The notes: a model not told the origin generated them from the letters alone. A stretch of DNA of 64,000 nt from Azolla caroliniana (GCA_043228905.1 JBHGNT010000001.1:434001-498000); one strand, 5' to 3'. Positions 12,581 through 26,667 are shown, counted from the stretch's first letter. Numbers and translations are program-made.

Positions 12581-13846
12581 ATGGCGACGAAAAAGCAAGC
12601 AGTCCATCTCTCTGTTTGTATCGTTTTATGGTCCGCGGGGCGACCCACTGCCACTCAACCTGTGGCCATGGAAACCCCTAAACCATCTCCTTCCTCTTCC
12701 TCCTCGTTGTTTTCTGTCATGGCTCTAAAAGCACACCATATTACGCCTGCGTCCTTGATGACCTCATGTGACCAGGAATCGGCGGTATCAGAGAATCCAA
12801 CGGCATTCAAAACCGAGATATGGACCCGGATCCCTCCGGATCTTCTCGAGCGGATCATCGCAAGGCTTCCTGTAACTTCTATTCTTCGATTCCGAACAGT
12901 TTGCAAGAGATGGAATCAACTACCATTTGAGAAGCAATTTCTGAAGATGCAACCCCACCAGGTTGGTGCGTGCCCTCCTTTCCTTGGTACACATAGCGAT
13001 ATATTATATATAGAAGGTTCTGGAAAGTGGCATTGTATCCCATTTAATTTCTTCCCATCAAAACATGTTGTGCTTGAAGCTTCGGGTGGTGGAATTCTCT
13101 TGTTCTCGAAGAGCAACCTTGCTAGCCGGCTCGTTGAAGCTTTCTTTGTATGTAATCCCATCACCAAGCAATGGTGTGAAATCAAGGGTGGTTCGATTCG
13201 ATTCATTTGCGTGACTTGTGTCGATGTGGATCATCAGTCACTTGATTTCAATGTAGTTGTAGCTGGTTGGATCGATCGATCAGATCGACACATGGGTAAA
13301 GCCCCATTGATTGAGATTTATGACTCTAGGAATCATTCATGGAGTGTGAAATTAGATTCTAGGGATGAGACCTTTTCTCAGCTTCGGGGCGTTGCTCTTA
13401 TCAGAGCCACTCTTTATTTGGCTGTCTACTCGAGGAATTTTGCCAATCTTGAAATATTGTCATTGGATATGGATGATCGAGCCACGAAAGTCTGTGGTGA
13501 ATTTGGAGAGGGATCAAAGTTTCATTGCTTCGGGCAATATAGAGGAAATCTAACTGTGGTGGTTCAAACAATCAAAGTGATAGAGATATGGCAACTGAAG
13601 CAACAAGCGAATAATATAGCCAAGTGGATGTTTTTGGATAGGCTGGCTGATGAGAAACTCAATGCATTCTCGACAGCAGCTGTTGCTGGAGGATTTGTTT
13701 TTTTCAACTATTATGATGAGCCAATCGCTCTCTATAATCTTTTTGATCAAACATGGCAATGGGTTGATTATCCACCTGGACGAAAGTATTGGTTAGGCAT
13801 GAGACCATTGGCATTTGAACCAAGCTTTGCTCCTGTAACTAACTGA
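12581..13846 (+). CDS. F-box protein with beta-propeller/kelch-like C-terminus, intronless (true start may be a downstream ATG)
   Basis: F-box IWTRIPPDLLERIIARLPVTSILRFRTVCKRWNQL, then ASGGGILL, FFVCNPITKQW, EIYDSRNHSW and C-terminal AFEPSF typical of plant F-box proteins. Confidence 0.9.
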   Translation: MATKKQAVHLSVCIVLWSAGRPTATQPVAMETPKPSPSSSSSLFSVMALKAHHITPASLMTSCDQESAVSENPTAFKTEIWTRIPPDLLERIIARLPVTSILRFRTVCKRWNQLPFEKQFLKMQPHQVGACPPFLGTHSDILYIEGSGKWHCIPFNFFPSKHVVLEASGGGILLFSKSNLASRLVEAFFVCNPITKQWCEIKGGSIRFICVTCVDVDHQSLDFNVVVAGWIDRSDRHMGKAPLIEIYDSRNHSWSVKLDSRDETFSQLRGVALIRATLYLAVYSRNFANLEILSLDMDDRATKVCGEFGEGSKFHCFGQYRGNLTVVVQTIKVIEIWQLKQQANNIAKWMFLDRLADEKLNAFSTAAVAGGFVFFNYYDEPIALYNLFDQTWQWVDYPPGRKYWLGMRPLAFEPSFAPVTN

Positions 13847-14646
13847 AAACAGTGAGGTATGTGGCTGTATTCCATTTTTAACGACATACCTACAAAACCC
13901 CTCTGGTGGTGGTGGTGGTGAGGATTGAAGAGTTCATCGCTTCTATTAAAGTGGTAATGATTTATTCTCGAAGGCATTTGCACACTAGAAGAATGTGTGC
14001 ATTTGGGAGTTCCCATTGATTTCGAATACCTGATTTGTATTGTATATAATTACAAGGCCATTTGCTGCCTTAAGGAATTGTTCCTTTCCAGTAAATATTA
14101 TTCCACCAATTAATTCCATGATCATGTTTCTTCTCCAATGTTTGGTAGATAAGCTTCCTTGTGTCAATGATGAAATCATTCTCTATAGTAATGTAATTAG
14201 ATACATTCATCATTAATGAAGACAATCATTGATGTTTGTGTTTCTAGCTTTATAGTGTTTTTGTGCTTTTCTTGGACGGACCTAACATTTTCTTCAATGA
14301 AGCACACTTTAACTTCTCCTTGATCAAAGACACTTTTCACCCCTAAGGAAATATTGTTCACTGCAAAAGACAAAGGCAACATAGCTTTCACAGGATGAGT
14401 AACTTCTTATCATATTTTGTATTTCCTCATTCCTCACACAAATATGTCATTGTATTTGAACTCATTAAACATAATAATTGGAACTTGTTCTGGCAACACA
14501 TATGAAGAGCTTCAAATAAAGTTATGTATGTGGTAAAACTTGAATCAATTGCTACATGGTCAAAGTCTCTAGTTCCCTCTCCACTCTCAATCTTGGCATG
14601 TATTGTCCCCTTCATAATTGCAATGTTGTCAAACTATCTTGGTTGC

Positions 14647-14872
14647 AAGGAACTATAAAAGTTGAAGGTTAATTTAATGTTTTATCGGGTGTGATCAAGT
14701 AATGCAAAGGAAACCTTTGATTTCATCTAATTATAATGGCAAAGATTATTTGTTAAGACAAGGAACTATAAAAGTTGAAGGTTAATTTAATGTTTTATCG
14801 GGTGTGATCAAGTAATGCAAAGGAAACCTTTGATTTCATCTAATTATAATGGCAAAGATTATTTGTTAAGAC
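14647..14872. repeat. Perfect tandem duplication, 2 x 113 bp
   Basis: aaggaactataaaagttgaagg...atttgttaagac repeated identically at 14647 and 14760. Confidence 0.95.
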
Positions 14873-15386
14873 GTTTCTTGTCTCTTTCCATGGGATATGT
14901 GGTCAAGTTCCACTTCTTGCACAAGCATTATGGTAAAGACATCACTCAGGCAAAGGCTTCATTCTCCAAATGTTGATTACAATAGCATTATGTCCCATCA
15001 ACTAAATTTTACTGAATTTTCTCATAAATTGTACACATTTTGCCATGCATCACTAGGCATGCATTGGGCTAGCTACACGTTGTATGTGCATTCATCGAAA
15101 AAGTGTAGAAAGAATTTGAATGGCGAGAATAGGAGATATGTCTTCATATGATACAACCTAGAGTCTTAAGGCTTATAGATTCTATGATCTAGATTCGATC
15201 TAAATGCGAAAAATTGATATGCCCAATTATCCTAGATGGGAAAGTTGAGACATCACAAGGAAGATATATCACAAACATTCCAAGTACATAAGGGAAATGT
15301 GCAAGAGTAGAGTTGGAGGATTGACCAAAATCATCTTTGAAGTAGCGGAGATAGCCGGGGCTTCCCTTATCAAACAAACATAGATC

Positions 15387-15436
<50 letters not shown>

Positions 15437-15539
15437 GAGAACTCTTCACTCAATATGTATGTATATGGTCATGCAATTTGGAGCAGTGGAGACAGCAAAA
15501 CGTGTTGTGTGTTTGTACCCACAGACAGACGTACATACT

Positions 15540-15581
<42 letters not shown>

Positions 15582-15588
15582 GATCGGG

Positions 15589-18500
15589 ATGACAATGGTC
15601 CTTGCATCGTCGCTGCCATCGCGATCATCTTCGGCTGACGTCACGCCCAGTAGGTCCCTTCCGAAATCGGCAGTGGTGGATAGAGCCGTCATTGTGGGGG
15701 GAGGCCTTGGTGGCCTCTCTGCAGCTCTCCAGCTCCGCAGAGCAGGAATCGATGCCCAGGTATACATACATACATAGGGGTTATTAAAATTTCGATTTAC
15801 TAATTACTTCTAATCTTCTAGTTGCCTTAAAAATCTACCCCTCCATCATTCTCTGTGCTATGGTGATGATGACTATGCGATTATTGCAGTTTCATGTCTG
15901 TCCATTTCAAAGTATGATAGGGTCTCTTCGCCACTGAGGTGGCACCATAGAAACATCATCTTTGTACCTTCCTGATGTTGCCATCTGCCATCTCTGAAAG
16001 TTATCAAGATTGCATTTGGATTCAAAGATGTGGCAGCTTGCTAGCAGTCTGTGCAGTTACCCATTTATGGTTAGTGTTGATGTCAATGCCTAAGCATGTG
16101 AAATTGTCGACAGATTCAATAGCTTGCCCTTTTAAGTGAGGTATGGTTAAATACATGGCTGCTTGATATTGTGTGTCATGTAGTTGACTTTACCTACATT
16201 CACCAATGAAACAAATTCTAAAGAATGGGAGATACACGTTGGAAAGCATCAACACCCATGATAAGAGCACCACGTTGTCTGAATAGTGAAGCAGCATAAC
16301 CAAATGTTGCCTAAGGTTAATACTGAAAGTTGCTGAGTTCGTGCTATTTACATGATGAAATATTGTAAATGGTCCATGACTAAGCTAAATAGTGTAGGCG
16401 AGAGAGGGCACTCTTGCTTTACTGTGACATTGGTTCCAACTCATCAGAGAACACATGTTGTGTATTTATCACACGTCGCATCTGCTCATATGGCCATACT
16501 ACTGCAGTTTGGTACTCATTTGGTACACCAAGTTTGTGATACGTTCTCTGAATCTTTTTTGTAGTAATATATTGAAAACGTTTTTGAAGCAACATTATAG
16601 AGCTTCTCCCTTGACTCAATGCTGTTAATTATAACCGTGAGGGTAAGTTAGACACTCTGTTGTGGAGTGTTTCAGTCTGAAGCAGGCTTAGCGTTATCAT
16701 GCTACTCTTCCCATTTACCACTTTTTTCCATGATCATACTCTACAACTTTGCAAACGTAGAGTTTACCGTGACAGTACAGTGGTTAAAAAAGCTCTAACT
16801 ACTGTACTATCATGATAGACTCTAGCGAGAGAGAGAGAGCAATAGAGAGACAATACTAAAGTTGCGCTAGAGTCAAAGTGGCATATGAGACCCAGAAATG
16901 TTAATGTCGTATGATATCTCATCCATATGAAAAGAAACACTCTTTGAGTGACGACTAACTAAAACTAGAATGGATTCTAGTATGTCGATGAAAGAACTAC
17001 CCGATTACTGAACAAGACTACCAAGGATATGTGGTGATATAAGAAATGCTATATGCATAAATTTCTCCTCATTAAAGGGTTATTGTGGACAGCTCACCCA
17101 AACATGATGACAATGTTTAATGATGAGGCTGAACCCAGAGAGTGGAAATAGTGTGTGGTCAGACTTCTGTGAGTGTCTTGGCACTGCTGCACCCACTCCT
17201 GTTGTTTAGGACAGTCATATTATTGTAACTGCATATTTTGATGGCTAAGAGAGCTCTAGGAGAAAGAGTTCAAGTGAGGAAGTGTCCAAGATGTACAGGT
17301 GAGAAAAAGTACAATATGTCAAATCTAACTGTGTTCAATGTAGGAAAACTTTGTCATCATCTCTCTGGAAATGGACTTACGTTGATATATCTTTCTTTCT
17401 TTCTCTAAATCTTGAACAGTTAACATGTCTCTGTTAGCCATATCATTACTTTACACAATATATCATTCTAGACTGCAAACTTTCTTCTATCTTGATCTTG
17501 ATCTTGATAAAAACTATGATAAATGGCAAGTTTTTTGGAGGAATATTTCCTTTTTTTATGAGCTGTTATGCTTTCTGTCTTTTTTCACAGGTTTATGAAA
17601 AGCGCCCCATGATTTCTGGTGGGGAGGGTACACTCATATCTATTTTCCCGAATGGGTGTAGAGCTCTTAATGAAGCATATCCTGAAATAGTGGAGAAGGT
17701 TTGGTTTTGCTATTAGCTTGTTAGTTGTTTTGAAAATACTTTGAACAATAATGTTAAAATTTACACTTTGTGATTTCTTGATGTGAAAATTATACAATCT
17801 TATGTAGATGCGTCGTGCTGGAACATTAAACATGCCATCAAATATTGTCTATCCAGATGGCACAAAGATTGGGGAGTGGGAGCTTAGCACTCAGATGGAA
17901 GAGAAATATGGGCAGCCACTTATTGCTATATTATGGAAAGATGCATTGAGAATACTTTCGGAAACTCTCCCGAATAGTTGCCAGCACACAGGCTACGATT
18001 GCATTGGCATCACAGAGGTACTTTTATGCATGATTGCTTTGTATGCTAAGTTATCTGCTAGACCCTTGCACCCATTGCTCAATAACTGAGTGCAGAAACA
18101 CAGTAGATTATGCAGAGTCAAATCTATAAGCAGCATGATTACCCCCTCTGTATTAACAAGAGAATGGGGTGTATGTATAAAGTGCCAGAAGAATATCCGC
18201 TGGAACAAACGTACATGAAATATACAAATAGGTGCATTTGGGTGCTGGAACGAATGAACACAAAATATAAAGATGGGATGCAATTGGGTAATAATGCATA
18301 GTTGGGCGAAATACATAATATTTGGAAATTACAATTAATAGTAAAATGGATACCACTCTAGCCCTTAACATGCTATCCACGAACAATGAATTATAATTCA
18401 ACCTCAATAAAAAAACACATTCTTATTCTTTACTTGCTATCTTGTTATTGGCAAGTCAGCATTGGTATGTAATTGCCACAATTATAATATTCCAAAAAGA

Positions 18501-21500
18501 GGCGGAAGAGTATTGAACTCTGGAAAAGATATTATGTGTGTATCCGTGTGTGTGTGTTCGGGAAGTAATTCCTATACCAAAAGTAATTTGTATTTCAAAA
18601 AAAATATGATATAAATGGCCATGCATTGTGTTTGCCTCTTGTGACACCGTTTATGCTTGGGATTATGAGTATCTGATGAGCATTGCAAATGAAGGCAATT
18701 CTATGTATAAGAATTTGTACTCAATTCTCTTCTGGAAGGAATGAAGGCAATTCTATGTATAAGAATTGTACTCAATTCTCTTTTGGAAGGAAATATGGGA
18801 CTACATTATCCTGGGGTCACTTTATCCATTTTATTTTACTGATCTGAAGCTGCTTACGTAACTTCTCTGGTGAGACCCCTCATCTTCAAACTATGTTTTT
18901 ACAGCAAGTGATTAGGATGAAAATATCTCTACCTTTGTCTTTGCAGCCCACTGTGTTTGTAATGTTTGTCTTTTGTGACAACGTTTATGCTTGGTATTAT
19001 AAGTACACAATGGGCACTGCAAATGAACACAATTCTAAGGATAAGAATGTTCATCATGTTTGTCTCTTGTGACATCATTTACGCTTGGTATTATAAATAC
19101 ACAATGGGCACTGCAAATGAAGTCTATTCTATGTATAAGAATGTGCACCGAAGTGTCCTTTGGAAGGAAATATAGAACTACGTTATCCCGGGGTTGATTT
19201 ATCTGTTTATTTTACTTATTTGAAGCTGCTTGAATAACTTCTCTGATGAGATCCCACTTTCAAATTATCTTCATACTCATAACAAGTGATTAGTATGATA
19301 ATATATCTACCTTTTTCTTTGCCTTTCATTGAGGATTGTCACTTGGAAGTCTTTGTCAAAGCTTCTAGAATTGATTTAATGCATAACCCTCATGTAACAT
19401 GTAAGGCTCCCCACCCCTTGTATGAGTATAAACTAGTTTCCCTTTGATTGATGAAGTTATTGAAACTCTCAAGAAATTGCTTTGTAGCATTTATATTGTA
19501 GAATGCAAGCGTTTGGACATTCCATTAGAATATGTTCTGAATCTTTACCTTAATAAAGTACCGTGTTTAGCAGAGCTTTGCTCAAACAATTTTTCACTCA
19601 GTTGAAGTTAAAGTATTTACTGCTTTCATAGCTGCTGGTATAAATCAGGCTATTTTATACATAAGATTGATGTCCGTTTATATGGTCTGAAGAATTGCAG
19701 TTTACATATTAGTGTAATATTTTTGGTTTTGTACAGCATTTTAGGTTTTTCTGATAAACATTTCTACTGCGTATAAAGTAAACCTATGACGCCATTTACA
19801 ATGAAATGTGCTTCTTTCAGGAAGAAGATGGTGCTGTGGCTCATTTCAAGAAAGAAAATGAAGAGATTTCCATTAAGGTAAATCACAACATTCAACTTTG
19901 ATGATTTATGAAAGGGAATTCTCAAAGAGTAAAACTCAAATAATAATCTTTCGGTAGTTATGCTCGCATTCTTGTCTTCGTCTTTAACAGATGTATGTAT
20001 CATATGATGTTTCGAAGTTAAGCATTAACATTACATAACCTGAATGCGTACCAACTAGAACTATGTTGGGTTTTCGTGGGGTTTTCTAGTCACCATCTAA
20101 AAGAGGTTAGCAAAAAAGATACTAATACTCACATTGATTTTGGGTCATTATTCTAAGCTTTAACTATTACAAGAATACAACTTGCACTAACTTATATGTC
20201 AGATCGGAAATTATTGAATGTACTAACCTTGTAAACGATTGGGAAGATGTACATCAGCCTCCTAGCAAGGCTTTTAGAAGTAAATATCCCTGAAGATTTG
20301 GCTGTATGTAAGAAAGATGTTGTGTTATATAAGGTCTGAATATTATCAAAGCTTTGAATATGTATTAGGTAAGGCTTTAATCTTGTGTTATATTTTGTAA
20401 TCTGATTTCTTTCGAAGACAATGGCAGGCACCATTAATAATCGGTGCAGATGGGATACGATCAGTTGTGAGAACAGCTCTTTTTGGTAACATTCCACCTC
20501 GGGACAATGGGAGAATGATGTGGCGAGCTGTGATTGACACGAATCAACTCTCCAATAATCCGGTGAAAGTAAGAAAAATACAATGCTCTTAAAAAGTGAA
20601 GCAACACATCCATTAAATTTGACATTTTGTGAAAACTGGTCAATATATTAATTATTTTTTATAATTCATGTGATAAATATGTTGATCTTCATGATCATTG
20701 AAGATCATAAATGTAATCTAGGAAATCCTTTTGAAAATCTTTGGTATTATGGGAAATGAAAGTAATTATTACTATGTAGTTCATTCGAGAATTTCGGATG
20801 TGGTTCATATCCACAGGATTACTGTCATATATTCTTCGAGGCAATCAGCCAAAGAACATACCTGACAAGAGCATCGTCACTTCTGGTACAATTATTCTGC
20901 TGGATTCTGATTGCCACTCAAATCAGAAAGATGATTATTAGTCGCAATATTTACATTCGTCAACATCACATATCAGCCCACAGTTTCATTGGAAAATGAT
21001 GATGCAATTTCATGTCCTAAAATATTTTTATATACAAAAGTTAGAATAATGCTCTGCATTCTTTGAGATCAAGAAATCTGCACGAGGATTTCATTCTTGC
21101 TATTCTTGATCTGTTACATGTTCTGATATCTTGCCATTAAACTAGGAACTTCTAATTTTCTGTGACCTTTTATGAAGGTTCTTTTGTTTTGTATTAGGGT
21201 TTGGAAACTGGCGTCTACTCTTCCTTGTTTAATGGCCGAACAGTTTTTATTGTCAATGGACTGAGGGAGAAGCTGCTGTACTGGGCATTCAGTGTTGAAG
21301 ATGAGGCATGTGAAGGAAGCACAAAAATTAGATCAAAGACACTGGAAGAAGCAAAGGAAAGAGTATTAGAGTATTTTCAAGGGTTTAGCCTTGCACAGTC
21401 CATCATCCAGGTGGGTTTATTACGATGTGTATAGTCACAAAATTTCATCATCTGGGCAATTTTCAAAATTGTTCCCACTTCGAGACATAAAACTAGTAAT

Positions 21501-23117
21501 AAAATGCATTAAAAGTAGTTTTAATAAATATCACATATTGATTAGAAATATATTTTCATTAGAAAATTCTAAACATATTTTCTCAGCCATATTGTGAGAG
21601 TTCTATTCTCAAGATATGTCGGAAAGCATGTCTTCATCTCAATCCCAACAAATCTGGGGGATCGATAATCTAAACATGTGTTGATATCCATGAATATGTT
21701 CTGAATCACAATCCCAAAACCAGTGGGATCTTCTCTAAGAGATGATCTAAACTTGTGCTATACTATATTAATATTTACTAAATCTTTGTAAAAATGTATG
21801 CTTGATTGATGGTCTTTTTTATCTATTTTCTAATTTCAAATGAAAAGGTGACGGACCCAGAACTTATTTTGGAGCGACGAGTGCTTGACTTGCCAGTATT
21901 GTCGACATGGTCAAAGGGAAGAACTGTTCTTCTTGGAGGTGATAGGAAACACTTGACATGTTTTTTGTATCTGTATTTGAAAGGGAAGAAAAAAGAAAAT
22001 ATGCAAATGGTATGCGCTCTTTTTTCTATCAGATGCTGCTCACGCTGTCACGCCAGCCCTGGGTCAGGGAGCAAATCTTGCTTTTGAAGATGGCATACAC
22101 CTTGCAAATTGTTTGATATCATGTGACAGTGTGAGGTAAAAGGTTTAGGAATTCTTGACATTATTTATTTATTTCTTCTTCATCTTCCAGTAATACACAG
22201 CATTATTGATTGAAGCTCGAGATAAAGGTTTCAGAATTCTAGATATAATCAGTTCATTTTATAATCATTTTGACCTTTTCTTTTTCTTTCTTCTAAGAAT
22301 CATTTTGACACATCATTCTGAGGCATGGGAAAAAACTGACAAAAAGAAAAAATGATTACATTGAAATGTCTAGAATAATGTTGAATATCTGCCTAAAGAT
22401 GTTAGAACTGTCTAAACAAAGAAACAGAGCATATGTACATGTATGCATATGCTCCTTTGATTTGGGTATCAGCCTATGAAGCACATGATTTGACTTTGCA
22501 TGCATACACATGGAGTGTTGGATCATGGAATCGTAAGGGGAATGTGATAAGTTTTGCCATGTTGAGATCGTCACACACATCGTAACTATACTATAAGAGG
22601 TTTAGTTCCTTGCTTGCATGTAGAGAAGTTGATACCTTATTTCACTTAAAAAGAGGCAAGAAAAAAAAAAAAAAAAGTCCATGGGAAATTATTTGTTTGC
22701 ATAAAGGAGTTGGTATCTTATTACACTTAAAACAGGTAAGAAAAAAGAGAATAGGAAATCGGGAAAAGTGCTTCATTGTTTTCTTGCTTTTCCTTTGAAC
22801 TTTGGAGAAAGTTAAAAGTGATTTTTCAATAAAAAAACTCGAAAGACCTTTATAACAGTGGGGTTTATTTACTCAGAAACTATCATAAACATTATGATCT
22901 ATATAGTTTTCATTTCATATTTTAAATTTTGTCTTTGCTCGCCATATATGATGGAAACGTTTATGTTTGTTTTAGGAGTGCATTGGAGCAATATGAAGAA
23001 ATCCGAGTGCCTCGTTGCAAGGAAGTATCAAAACAAAGTCAGTTACGATCACCTGAAAGGTTAGAAGAGTTCTATAATTGGCTTTATTGCTCTGAAATAC
23101 CGACCATTGCATATTGA
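15589..23117 (+). CDS. FAD-dependent monooxygenase (class A, zeaxanthin-epoxidase/aromatic-hydroxylase-like); exons ~15589-15759, 17591-17698, 17808-18017, 19821-19877, 20428-~20565, 21198-21410, 21848-21938, 22033-22135, 22976-23117
   Basis: Rossmann IVGGGLGGL...VYEK, DG motif LIIGADGIRSVVR, GD motif VLLGDAAHAVTPALGQGANLAFEDG, and YEEIRVPR. GT-AG junctions are in frame. Confidence 0.9.
16090..16640 (-). mobile_element. Degenerate LINE (non-LTR) reverse transcriptase fragment in monooxygenase intron 1
   Basis: Minus-strand pieces LGVPNE, VKQECPLSPTLFSLVMDHL (cf. VKQGCPLSPxLF), LLHYSDNVVL (cf. YADD) and GQAIESVDNFTCLG, with frameshifts and stops. Confidence 0.8.
16758..16824. repeat. Inverted repeat/hairpin, 29-bp arms, 9-nt loop
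   Basis: tagagtttaccgtgacagtacagtggtta pairs with taactactgtactatcatgatagactcta (24/29 Watson-Crick, plus 3 G-U pairs on the + strand). Confidence 0.8.
18626..19325. repeat. Nested intronic tandem duplications
   Basis: Repeated tgtgaca...gtttatgcttgg...ttgcaaatgaa...tctatgtataagaat and tggaaggaaatat...gaagctgct...aacttctctg...caagtgattag blocks. Confidence 0.85.
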
Positions 23118-25289
23118 TTTCTATCTCTATCCTTTGCCTAATACTAGACAACAAAACAGATTTCTAGTAGAAAACTGCCAAATCAAATAAAGATATTTGG
23201 AGGAAACTATTGCCTTTTAATATACATAACTTTATGCACACAATGTACAATAAACTGAATTATTGTTTTAACGTCAAGTTAACATTTAGAAATCATGCAA
23301 TTCTAAACAATTTTGGAAGAAATAGCATCCTAATGCTTGATCCTCACCCTTGGTGCACAAGATGAGATGCTAGATTTAACTTCAGTCCTAGACAACACAA
23401 ATAAACTCACTTGCGGATGCCATCTAGGACAAGGTTAGGCAAAAACATTTGGATTAATCAAAGATGCCTTTGGAATCAGGTGTTTTAACCAAGATCAGAC
23501 AACTTAAAACATGTCTGGCACTTTAAATGACATCGAAAACCTTGTTCTATTAAAAAGAAAAGCAATTGTATTATTCAAACATTAATTAATGGATTAAACA
23601 AGAATGAAACATTAAAGGAACTAAACTTTGCTGAAAGGATGCAATTGAAGTAGTCTAGTGTGTTGCATGCATGACTATTATGTAATGAATTGCATGCAAT
23701 TGGTAACGACGTTTTTTTATTGTGTGATCTGATATTTAATCTAGACATTCAATAAGTATTACCAAATTTGGAGAATTTATAATTGATAAGTGAAGCGATG
23801 GGAATGAGAGGGCTCATGGGTTGGGAATTGGAAATTTAGAACTCATTGGTTCTTTTTTATGGAAATAGAATATTGAAAAGTGGGATATATAGATACTTTG
23901 AGTTGATTTATTGTTGATTCTACTTATCTATCTCTAGGGAAGGATTTGAAAGCTTCTTAACGCAAAATGAACAATTCATAATCTTAAAAGCAAATTTATC
24001 ATTATAGGCCATTTTTAATCATGCACTTAGGGGCCTTGTTAATATGTTTGATCAACTTAAATCACCTTATAGTTTTGCTTTTGAAAACACCTTGTAATAA
24101 AACAACCTTTGCCTAGAATGGTAATGCTATGTGTATATAATTTACAAAATAATTCTAAACATTTGTTCTTATAAATACTCAGGAGCAAGTTGTGATTAGG
24201 TTGCATGACTTCGTATAATAGTCATAAGGCCATGATTCTTAACAAATTTTCAAGAGCTTATTTTTGGATGATGTCAACTTTGCAATAATCTAATTCATAT
24301 ATACATAAACCATATAATAAATAATATATTAGATGTCTTTTAAATTATTGACTAGTACTAAAGTTTTAACTTCATAGCTTTTGGGTTGCATTGTTCAAGA
24401 ACCATTAGTTGCATTAAGGTAGTGTTGTTTGTGTTCATATGGGTTGCTCAAGTAGTTTTAAGGGTTTCTTTGAGTAGTAGGATTGCAGTGGGATGTTTCA
24501 CATTGTAACAAGCAATCAAACTTTGTCATGAACTTGGTTCACATAAATGTTTGTTTCACAACTGAGTTCTATAAGGAGGTGTTCTATTTGTGAGTTTATG
24601 TGGGTTCCTCCCAAAAAACGAAATACATATGTTAGTTATAAATGTGCTTCTCAAAATACCCCCTCTCTCTCTTTGTGAAAACACATAATTATATTAATAA
24701 ATGTGTGAAAAACACTATTTACAATGGGTGTCACAATAGAGTATGGTCACCCACTAACTACATGGGTAATGGGACATGTTGAATTGCCAATAGGCAAGAC
24801 GAACACTCCACTGAGAAAAGAATTCCCACTTGCTCCAATAAAGAAAATTGGCATATTAGTACTCCCTCTAACTTTTTTTGTAGATATGCTTTCATTCCAT
24901 GCTTACCATCAAATACAAAAGCATTACGCATATCCTGATTATGACGCAATGAAATAGGAAAACAATCTCCATCTTTGATTTTGGGTCAACTTATGTAAAT
25001 TGTGTAAACACCCACTCTAAGTGTCAAATAATATCATGATAAAATTTGTCAAATTTGAAAAATGTAACTCCAAATCTAACAAGTAATCGGACACTGTATA
25101 AAATGATGAGTATTATCTTCCATTTGAAAAATGTAAAAGAAGCAATTGCCATTTCTAGTTAAGGACGCTTTAGAACTAATCCTAAAGGCAATCCCCCAAT
25201 TAAAACTCTCCAAATGAAGATCATTGTGACAAGTGGCAATTTAGAATGCCAATGCCAACTATGTTTTAAGATCTACCACCATGCATGAA

Positions 25290-25865
25290 TAGATTTGCGT
25301 ATTTTCTATTCTTGTTTAGCCTTAGCTTATAGTAATCCAAGACTCAATGTAGCAATGATACAAAAGATTAGTAGTCACTTATAAAAATGACATTTGATCT
25401 TGTAAATACCAATCAATCCACAATTGTTCTCCTATTTGTAGAGGTAAAGGACCTTCCAATAATGCAATATTTTGTACTTGTTTCCAAATAGCATATTTAC
25501 GTATTTTCCATTTTTCTTTAGCCTTAGTTGATAGTCATCCAAGAGACTCAATGGAGCAATGATACAAAAGATTAGTGGTCACTTCTAAAAACAACATCTG
25601 ATCATGTAAGTACTAATCAATCCACGATTGTTCTATTTGTAAAGGTAAAGGACCTTCCCAGATAGTAGATTTGTGTATTTTCTATTCTTCTTCAACCTTA
25701 GCTAATAGTCATCCAAGAGACTCAATGGAGCAATGATACAAATGATTAGTAGACACTTATAAGAACGATGCTTGATCTCGTAAGTACCAATCAATCCATG
25801 ATTGTTCTCCTATTTGTAAAGGTAGAGGACCTTCCAATAATGCAATATTTTGTACTTGTTTCTAG
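25290..25865. repeat. Tandem repeat, 3 x ~175-200 bp
   Basis: gtattttc...ccttag...atagt(a/c)atccaaga...gcaatgatacaaa...aatcaatccac...ggaccttcc occurs three times. Confidence 0.9.
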
Positions 25866-25947
25866 ATAAACCCATAATTATTAGGTGGGATGTATAATAA
25901 TTGTTGCACTTCAACAAACTCTAGACCCTTTGAGATGGAGCCTCAAC

Positions 25948-26444
25948 CATAGATTGATATATGCATTCGCATTCGTGCGATCTCCCCCACGAATGCAAAT
26001 GAATACGAATATGAATGGTTGTAAAAGTATTCGTTAAAAATAAATTTATAAACTCCATCCTTTTTAGTCTCCGAGATATAAAAAAAAGGACTTTGACAAT
26101 AAAAAAGGGACTTAAGCAATAAAAAGGGGACTTGAGTCTTGACGCTAAATATACTTTAATAATAAACGTAAAAGTATTGGTTTTTTAATAATAAATAAAT
26201 AAATAAAATAGAGGTCATTAACTCCCCCCTTTTAAAATTTTATGAATATTTTAAAAAGGGAACTTGACACTAATCATATTAATATTTCTATAATATGTTT
26301 TTGGAAAAAAACTATTTTTATAGTTATTAATACATGTAAAAATATTTGTTTTTTTAAATAAAAAAATAATTGAATGGTTTTATAATATTCTAGGGGCCAT
26401 TTCTTATTCTATAATAGTACGAATATCACACGTGTTAATCTATG
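25948..26444. mobile_element. Non-autonomous hAT-like element (MITE), ~497 bp
   Basis: Termini CATAGATT...AATCTATG. 8-bp flanks gcctcaac / gccttaac (1 mismatch). AT-rich interior with ATTCG/CGAAT subterminal motifs. Confidence 0.8.
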
Positions 26445-26615
26445 GCCTTAACTATCTCCTACCTCTTTGACCCCAAACAAAACAAGCGATTAAACTAAGA
26501 GCCCAATCTCTCCTTCCCAAGCCAACATGATAACCGAGAAGACATAAGTAACTCTTTTTGCAACAAATTACAATGCTCTATACTGGTTGATGGTTTGCAT
26601 ACACATAAGAAGAGT

Positions 26616-26667
<52 letters not shown>

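Noticed and set aside
13985-14615. Chain of short minus-strand ORFs as a pseudogene
   Set aside because: No recognisable motif or splice structure.
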